A stretch of 49,541 nucleotides of DNA from the NCBI GenBank assembly GCA_017483125.1, contig JAFULU010000283.1, positions 1 through 49,541 on the forward strand, read 5' to 3'. This DNA comes from Clostridia bacterium. GTDB lineage: Bacteria > Bacillota > Clostridia > Oscillospirales > CAG-272. The first letter of the stretch is position 1. The number at the start of each line of letters is the position of its first letter. Shown here in pieces: positions 43,744 through 49,541 of the stretch. The notes below the pieces were generated by a model. The model made no database searches. It was not told the DNA's origin and saw only the letters and a list, made by a program, of their open reading frames with translations. The translations under genes were made by a program, and so were the position numbers.

Positions 43744-45240
43744 TCAAGCCAGCGCGCGAAGGGTCTCGCAAACCAACCTGTAGGTGCGCTCCACCGAGGG
43801 GATGGAGAGCATCTCGCGGGGGGTATGGATGTCCCGCATATCGGGGCCCACCGAAATGATGTCCATCTCCCCCAGCTTATCGCAGAGGATGCCGCACTCC
43901 AGACCTGCGTGAATGACCTCGATGCGGGGGGTTACGCCATAGATACCCTCGCTGACGCGGGTCCAGAGGTCGCGGAGGGGAGAGACGGGGGCGTAGTCCC
44001 AGCCGGGATAGCGGGCGCGGTGGGTAGCCTCACCACCCAAAACGGCGGCCAGAGCCGTCAGCTCCCGCTGGGAGTCGTCCAGATGGCCGTTCGAGGCGGA
44101 GCGGGTGGACATGGAGAATTTGACCGCGGTGGGCTTCCCCTCCCCGTCGGTGAGGGTCTTGATAATACCCAGGTTGCGGGAGTGCGCCACCAGGCCCTTT
44201 ACGTGGGCGGACATGGACAGGACGCCGTCGCGGACGAGGGTCAAAAGGGACAGGACGGCGTGGGTTGTCTTGTCGTCCATGGACAGGACGGGGGGATCGG
44301 GCAGGATCTCGGCGGTACAGGTGAAGGACTTATCGGCGGGGATCATGTTGGGCTCGGAGCGGAGCTTTTCGGCCTCGGCGGTCACAGCGCGGGCGAAATC
44401 CTCGGCGTGGGCGGTGTCGCGGAGGTCCACCGTCACGGTGCAGTCGCGGGGAATGGCGTTGTCCTTACCGCCGCCGCTCACCGAGATCAAGGAGAAATCG
44501 TAGGGCTCGGTCAGGGCGGAGAGGATGCGGCCCATAGCCTTGATGGCGTTGGTGTGTCCCTCGTGGATCTCCACCCCGGAATGCCCTCCCGTAAAGCCGT
44601 CCAGAGTCACCCTCACGGCCACGCCTTCAGCACTCTCGCAGGTCACAGGGAGGGTAATATCGGTGCGCATACCGCCCGAGCAGCCCGCGGTGAGGACACC
44701 CTCGGCCTCGCTGTCCAGGTTGATCATGGTATGTGCGGTAGCTTCCATAGCCACAGGATCAAAGGCCCACGCGCCCTCCAGGCCCGTCTCCTCGGAGACG
44801 GTGAAGAGGCACTCAATGGCGGGATGAGGCTGGGGGGGATTATCCAGGATGGCCAGCATCATGGCCACGGCGATGCCGTCGTCACCGCCCAGGGTGGTGT
44901 CGGTGGCGGAGATCCAGCCCTCGGCATCGACCTTGAGCTTCAGACCGTCGGTGGCGAAGTTATGGGTGGAGTCGGCGGTCTTCTCACCTACCATATCGGT
45001 GTGGCCCTGGAGTATGACGGCGGGAGCGGACTCATGACCTTCACTGGCGGGGAGCTTGATGAAGACGTTGTGGACGGCGTCGCGGTAGCAGGACAGACCG
45101 CGGGCCTTGGCGAAGGCCTCGATATAGTCGGCGATGGCGCGCTCGTCTCCCGATACGTGGGGGATGGCACAGATGTCCTCGAAGAAGGAGAGGACGGACG
45201 CGGGCTCGTAGCCCGAGAGGATGCGGGTGGTGGTTGACAT
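43744..45240 (-). CDS. pepD: aminoacyl-histidine dipeptidase (M20C, PepD-like)
   Basis: 498 aa. The N-terminus (…FEDICAIPHVSGDERAIADYI…) and the LQGHTDMV and GGDDGIAVA motifs are typical of PepD. Confidence 0.8.
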   Translation of the reverse strand: MSTTTRILSGYEPASVLSFFEDICAIPHVSGDERAIADYIEAFAKARGLSCYRDAVHNVFIKLPASEGHESAPAVILQGHTDMVGEKTADSTHNFATDGLKLKVDAEGWISATDTTLGGDDGIAVAMMLAILDNPPQPHPAIECLFTVSEETGLEGAWAFDPVAMEATAHTMINLDSEAEGVLTAGCSGGMRTDITLPVTCESAEGVAVRVTLDGFTGGHSGVEIHEGHTNAIKAMGRILSALTEPYDFSLISVSGGGKDNAIPRDCTVTVDLRDTAHAEDFARAVTAEAEKLRSEPNMIPADKSFTCTAEILPDPPVLSMDDKTTHAVLSLLTLVRDGVLSMSAHVKGLVAHSRNLGIIKTLTDGEGKPTAVKFSMSTRSASNGHLDDSQRELTALAAVLGGEATHRARYPGWDYAPVSPLRDLWTRVSEGIYGVTPRIEVIHAGLECGILCDKLGEMDIISVGPDMRDIHTPREMLSIPSVERTYRLVCETLRALA

Positions 45241-45277
45241 AGGGTTACTCCTTTATGATGTATGGGGTGGGAGAAAT

Positions 45278-45531
45278 TTCAAATTTGGGTTTATCGGGTA
45301 GTTTGAGAATGCAAAATGCAAAATGTAAAATGCAAAATGAATGAAGCCTTTTGCTTACGCAAAAGCCAATCTTTATGGTAAAGTTTGTAATTCAAAAACC
45401 GAAAAGTCAGTGTCCCCTATAGGATAATCATTTCTGTGTAGGACACGTCACCCCGTCTCTCGTTCTCTGATTTTGCATTTTGAATTTTGCATTTTGCATT
45501 TCGGGCGCAGCCCGACAGACCCCAATTTGAA
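45278..45531. repeat. complete A-type element: TIRs, inverted (AATGCAA)n arrays and a unique core
   Basis: TTCAAATTTGGGTTTATCGGG (45278-45298) against CCCGACAGACCCCAATTTGAA (45511-45531). Arrays at 45307-45343 and 45469-45501. Core hairpin at 45346-45367. Confidence 0.85.
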
Positions 45532-45540
45532 AAATTCAAT

Positions 45541-45586
45541 CAAAAACACAAAGAGGAAAGAAACTCCCATAGCTCCTTTCCTCTCC
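45541..45586 (-). terminator. intrinsic terminator after mreB
   Basis: Minus strand reads AGAGGAAAG-15 nt-CTTTCCTCT followed by TTGTGTTTTT. Confidence 0.75.
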
Positions 45587-45595
45587 TTGTTTGGT

Positions 45596-46624
45596 TTAAG
45601 AATTGACTCTGGACGGCAGAGTGATCACGCCCTCGGGCATACCGCCGAGGTAGGGCAGAAGGCTTCCCGCGCCCAGGACGGTACTGCTGATGGGCTTCTT
45701 GGCCACATAGGCGGGAATGCCCGTGACCCGCTCAATGAGCTTATCCAGTCCGCGGAGGAGGCTTCCGCCGCCCGTCAGGACCATGCCCTTCTGCAGGATG
45801 TCACCCACCAGCTCGGGGGGCGTCTGCTCCACAACCGAGCAGATGGAGTCCAGGATGGCGGTGATGGGCTCGTACAGGGCTTCGATCATCTCGCGGGAGC
45901 TGATGAGGACCTCTCGCTGGGTTCCCTCGGTGAGGGAGCGGCCCGTGACCTTCATGTAGCCCGTCTTTTTATGCTCGTACACGTCGCCGATGTTGATCTT
46001 GATGTCCTCGGCGGTGCGCTCCCCGATGAGGATGTTGTAGCGGCGGCGGAGGTAGCTTTGAATGGCCTCGTCAAACTTGTCGCCGCCCACGGGGATGGAG
46101 TCCGCCACCACCACGCCGCCCATGGAGAGCACCGCGATGTCGCTGACGCCGCCGCCGATGTTGACCACCATACTGCCCACGGGGGACTTGATGTCCAGTC
46201 CCGCGCCGATGGCTGCGGCCTTGGGCTCCTCGATGAGGTAGGTCCGTCTGGCCCCCGCCTCACGGGAGGCTTCCATGATCGCCCGCATCTCCACCTCGGT
46301 AATGCCCGTGGGTACGCAGATGAGCACGCGGGGAGGGATCCACACCTTACCGCAGGCGCGGCGGATGAAGTAGCGCAGCATCTGGAGGGTGACCTCGTAC
46401 TGGCTGACGGTGCCGTTCTTCATGGGGCGCAGGGCGTCGATGTGGTCGGGGGTACGCCCCAGCATCTCCATGGCGTCCTGACCCACCTTGACCACGCGGT
46501 CGGTGGAAACGTCAATGGCCACCACAGAGGGCTCCTTGAGGACGATGCCCTGTCCTTGGACGTAGACCAGCACAGAGGCTGTTCCGAAATCTATGGCGAT
46601 ATCCCGCGTAAATTTCTCGAACAC
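45596..46624 (-). CDS. mreB: rod shape-determining protein MreB
   Basis: The actin-like ATPase N-terminus begins at FEKFTRDIAIDFGTASVLVY. There is no ATG; GTG at 46624 has GAGGTG 6 nt upstream and gives a 342-aa product. The ORF-track start at 46783 is an upstream read-through. Confidence 0.88.
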   Translation of the reverse strand: MFEKFTRDIAIDFGTASVLVYVQGQGIVLKEPSVVAIDVSTDRVVKVGQDAMEMLGRTPDHIDALRPMKNGTVSQYEVTLQMLRYFIRRACGKVWIPPRVLICVPTGITEVEMRAIMEASREAGARRTYLIEEPKAAAIGAGLDIKSPVGSMVVNIGGGVSDIAVLSMGGVVVADSIPVGGDKFDEAIQSYLRRRYNILIGERTAEDIKINIGDVYEHKKTGYMKVTGRSLTEGTQREVLISSREMIEALYEPITAILDSICSVVEQTPPELVGDILQKGMVLTGGGSLLRGLDKLIERVTGIPAYVAKKPISSTVLGAGSLLPYLGGMPEGVITLPSRVNS

Positions 46625-46688
46625 CGTACTCACCTCGCTTTCTGTGTTCGGGGATACCGAAACAGTATCCCAACGTATATCTTGTGAT

Positions 46689-46717
46689 AGTATAGCACAA
46701 AACAGCCTGTCTGTCAA
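46689..46717 (-). promoter_or_regulatory. sigma-A type promoter for mreB
   Basis: Minus strand reads TTGACA-gacaggctgttttgtgc-TATACT (17-nt spacer, TGc extended -10). Confidence 0.7.
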
Positions 46718-46789
46718 GGGGTTTTGCGATTTTTGGGGTTCGCGGAGGGAAAGCAGCCGAAAGAAGTGGCCATCTCCGCGCAAAAGGAG

Positions 46790-49060
46790 TCACGCCCGCC
46801 TCAGCCGCGCGGCCAGTCCCGTATATCGCAGGGTCTGGCGATTATTGTCCACCATGGTACGGATGACGTCCTCTCTCCCCACAAGGATCACCATGCGGCG
46901 GGCACGGGTGACCGCGGTGTAGAGGAGGTTGCGGATGAGGAGCAGGGGGGGCGCGTTGTACATGGGGACAATGACAAAGGGGTACTCCGAGCCCTGGCTC
47001 TTATGGACGGTGACCGCCCAGGCGTGCTCCAGCTCGTCCAGCATATCTCCCGTATAGGTGGCCTCCTTGTCGTCGAAGGACACCACCATTTCCTCCTCGG
47101 CGGGGTCGATGAAGATCACGGTGCCGATGTCGCCGTTGAAGACACCGCTCCCCGCGGTCTGATCCATGCCGTTGCCGCTCTCCCATTGAATGTCGTAGTT
47201 ATTCTTGGTCTGCATGACCCGATCCCCCACACGGAAGGTGGTCTCGCGGAACTTCAGCTCCTTTTTGCCCTTGGCAGGGGGATTCAGCTCACTCTGAAGA
47301 CGGCGGTTGAGGTTTTCGGTGCCCGCCTCACCCTTGCGGGAGGGGGTGATGATCTGGATGCCCCCCTCGGTGGCCTTGCCGTAGGCGCGGGGCAGGCGGG
47401 TCGAGCAGAGCTCCACCACGGTATCCGCGATCTCACGGTCGTAGCGGCGGGGGAGGAAGAAGAAATCGTTGTTCTTGACGGTCAGGTCGGGGTAGGTGCC
47501 CTCGTTGATGGCGTGGGCGTTGGTGACGATGAGGGACTCGCGAGCCTGGCGGAAGATCTCGGTGAGGCGCACCGTGGCGAAGCGGCCGCTGTCGATGAGG
47601 TCGTTGAGCACCCGTCCCGCCCCCACCGAGGGAAGCTGGTCGGCATCCCCGATGAGGATGAGCCGCGCCCCGGGCTTGACCGCCTTGCAGAGGGAGCACA
47701 TGAGGGCGTTGTCCACCATAGAAGCCTCGTCCACGATGACCACGGCCTCCTCCAGAAGCTCCTGCTCGTTACGGCGGAAGTGGCCGTGACCCGATCCCTC
47801 CTCGAACTCCATTTCCAGGAGGCGGTGGATGGTCTTGGCCTCGGTGGAGGTGGACTCGGAGAGCCGCTTGGCCGCCCGTCCCGTGGGGGCGCAGAGGGCC
47901 ACCGACATATCCATGGAGCGGAAGATATGGAGCAGAGCGTGGACCACGGTGGTCTTACCCGTACCCGGGCCGCCCGTCAGCAGCATAACGCCGTGGGACA
48001 GGGCGTCGATAATGGCCTGCTTCTGGCCGCGGGCGTAGGACACCCCCTGATCCCGCTCCTCGCGGTCAATGAAGGCGTTGACATCCCCCGCGTCCACGGC
48101 GGGGCAGAGCTTGTCCAACAGCACCAGCTTATCGGCGATATACTTTTCCTGCCCGTCGGCGGCCTTATCGTAGATCAGCTCGCTCCCCTCGAAGCGGTGG
48201 GAGATCAGGGCACCGCTGTCCAGCAGGATGTTCATGGCCTCCTTCACCCGCTCGGGGTCGGCGCGGAGGAGCTGGGCGGCGGCCTCGGTGAGCTTTTCGC
48301 GGGGGAGGCAGACGTGGCCGTTGCGGGAGGCGTTGGAGGTGAGAAGGTACTTGACACCGCTCATGACCCGCTCCTCGCTCCGGGGATCCAGCCCCAGGGA
48401 CATGGCCATCTGGTCGGCCCGCTCAAAGCCGACGCCCTCCACCTCGTCGCAGAGGCGGTAGGGGTTCTCCTTGGCCACGTCCACGGCCGAGGAGCCGAAC
48501 TGCTTGTAGATCTTCACCGTCATGGCCGCGCCGAAGTAGTCGCGGAAGAACATCATGGCCGAGCGGATGCCCGACTTGGCCCGAAAATCCTCCGAGATCT
48601 CGTTTGCCTTCTTGCGGGAGATGCCGGGGACATCGGCCAGCCACTCGGGGTGGTTCTCCATGACGTCCAGGGTCTCGTCCCCGAAGCAGGAGACGATGCG
48701 CTCGGCCAGCTTGGGGCCCACTCCCTTGACGGTGCGGGAGGAAAGGTAGCGGAGGATGGCGGTGGAGTCGGCGGGCAGGTCCCGTTCGTACTGCTCCACC
48801 TTGAACTGGCGGCCGTACTTGGGGTTATGGACCCAGTTGCCCCACAGAATGAGGCTGTCTCCGTCCCCGATGTAGGGCATGGTGCCGCAGGCGGTGACGA
48901 TATCGTCCTCCAGACCGAAGTCCAGAACCGTATAGCCGTTGTCCTCGTTGGCGTAGATGATATGCTCCACGGTGCCCTTGAGCTTGGTCAGGCCGTCCTT
49001 GGAGGGGGTCGCGTCGGGGAGATCCATGGTGAGGTTGGGGGTGTAGGGGGTATCGGACAT
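46790..49060 (-). CDS. recD2: ATP-dependent RecD2-like SF1 DNA helicase
   Basis: Walker A LLTGGPGTGKTT, IVDEASMVD (motif II), LILIGDADQLPSVGAG, and a C-terminal TVHKSQGSE. ATG at 49060 with AAAGGAGG upstream. Confidence 0.88.
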   Translation of the reverse strand: MSDTPYTPNLTMDLPDATPSKDGLTKLKGTVEHIIYANEDNGYTVLDFGLEDDIVTACGTMPYIGDGDSLILWGNWVHNPKYGRQFKVEQYERDLPADSTAILRYLSSRTVKGVGPKLAERIVSCFGDETLDVMENHPEWLADVPGISRKKANEISEDFRAKSGIRSAMMFFRDYFGAAMTVKIYKQFGSSAVDVAKENPYRLCDEVEGVGFERADQMAMSLGLDPRSEERVMSGVKYLLTSNASRNGHVCLPREKLTEAAAQLLRADPERVKEAMNILLDSGALISHRFEGSELIYDKAADGQEKYIADKLVLLDKLCPAVDAGDVNAFIDREERDQGVSYARGQKQAIIDALSHGVMLLTGGPGTGKTTVVHALLHIFRSMDMSVALCAPTGRAAKRLSESTSTEAKTIHRLLEMEFEEGSGHGHFRRNEQELLEEAVVIVDEASMVDNALMCSLCKAVKPGARLILIGDADQLPSVGAGRVLNDLIDSGRFATVRLTEIFRQARESLIVTNAHAINEGTYPDLTVKNNDFFFLPRRYDREIADTVVELCSTRLPRAYGKATEGGIQIITPSRKGEAGTENLNRRLQSELNPPAKGKKELKFRETTFRVGDRVMQTKNNYDIQWESGNGMDQTAGSGVFNGDIGTVIFIDPAEEEMVVSFDDKEATYTGDMLDELEHAWAVTVHKSQGSEYPFVIVPMYNAPPLLLIRNLLYTAVTRARRMVILVGREDVIRTMVDNNRQTLRYTGLAARLRRA

Positions 49061-49098
49061 GGCGGTGCCTCCTTTCTGTGAAATGGGGGATCGGGGGA

Positions 49099-49428
49099 TC
49101 AAGGGGTGGGTGGTTGGTCGGACAAGCAGACCGCCACGCCGTATTTCTCAATGACCTCGGCATACTCGTCGGAGTCCCTCATGCCCCCCTCCCACAGGGG
49201 ACGGGGCACAGCCAGTACCACCCGCTTACCCCGACCCAGCAGGGCACGGCGGGCCTCGCAGAGGAGGATATCCAGCTCGGCGGGGGAGATGGGGTGGGTG
49301 AGGATGACAGCGGTGCCCAGCTCACGGGGGGTGAGGAGGCACTCAAAAAGGGCGTGGAGGATGCCGTAAAAGCCGATGACCGACAGGGCGGCCACGGTGA
49401 CTTGGAGTAGGGTTTCTTTCGCGCTCAT
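49099..49428 (-). CDS. hypothetical small membrane-associated protein (109 aa)
   Basis: ORF with GGAGG 7 nt upstream and one N-terminal hydrophobic helix. No family recognised. Confidence 0.45.
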   Translation of the reverse strand: MSAKETLLQVTVAALSVIGFYGILHALFECLLTPRELGTAVILTHPISPAELDILLCEARRALLGRGKRVVLAVPRPLWEGGMRDSDEYAEVIEKYGVAVCLSDQPPTP

Positions 49429-49493
49429 AGCTGACCTCCGAGGATGGTTTCGGTAATCAGTATATGAGGGGGATGGGGGCGGGGTGAGAGGGG

Positions 49494-49541
49494 TTCAAAT
49501 TTGGGTTTATCGGTCTGTGACCGAAATGCAAAATGCAAAAT
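49494..49541. repeat. left end of another A-type element, cut by the window edge
   Basis: TTCAAATTTGGGTTTATCGG, then hairpin CGGTC-TGT-GACCG (49511-49523), then AAATGCAAAATGCAAAAT running to the last base. Confidence 0.8.

Noticed and set aside
46724-49081. 785-aa + strand ORF opposite recD2. Similar long ORFs lie at 5057-7072, 8235-10340, 10365-12062, 13943-15088, 16082-17806, 23857-25974, 25925-27712, 28683-30050, 30894-32957, 38296-39366, 42126-43583, 43825-45237 and 45473-46687.
   Set aside because: All lie antisense to genes with clear family motifs. They lack RBSs and recognisable domains and have the amino-acid bias expected from reading GC-rich codons backwards.
1-49541. tRNA or rRNA genes, prophage, integrase/transposase, restriction-modification or known defence-system genes
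   Set aside because: Intergenic regions were read on both strands. None shows a tRNA cloverleaf or rRNA-like sequence. No ORF has recombinase, nuclease-defence or phage structural motifs. The repeat elements therefore appear non-autonomous within this window.

Overview
High-GC (about 60%) Firmicutes/Clostridia-type chromosomal segment; assigning it to an Oscillospiraceae-like gut anaerobe is only an inference from composition and gene content. I support 39 protein genes and no tRNA, rRNA, CRISPR, transposase or integrase. Gene order: a truncated CBS-domain gene; an ABC/GldG/DUF4340 operon; a glycogen locus (glgB-glgC-glgD-glgA, then GH13 amylase and glgP on the other strand); a polar amino-acid ABC transporter; an ADP-ribosylglycohydrolase fusion plus a DUF4259-like gene; a CotH-kinase lipoprotein divergent from a DUF5722-like gene; cdd-pdp nucleoside salvage; an MBL+LamG lipoprotein; an AT-rich membrane-protein islet; metA and metY; a BspA-type leucine-rich-repeat (LRR) surface-protein locus with a divergent XRE regulator; rny, pepD, mreB and recD2. 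Nine operons have near-perfect sigma-A promoters (17-nt spacers, often with TRTG extended -10). The most unusual signal is non-coding. At least nine intergenic palindromic elements (about one per 5-6 kb) are built from inverted tandem heptamer arrays, (AATGCAA)n or (GATACAA)n. They share a roughly 20-nt terminal motif, TTCAAATTTGGGTTTATCGG, and carry small hairpins with compensatory base changes between copies. One 348-bp member (23583-23930) has a GC-rich, multiply nested core. I do not recognise this family. Secondary items are a sharp intragenic GC mosaic in the 1030-aa LRR gene, an unannotated 46-aa ORF translationally coupled to an acidic lipoprotein, and a perfect 32-bp palindrome between metY and metA. 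Most long ORFs in the supplied track are antisense shadows of real genes.
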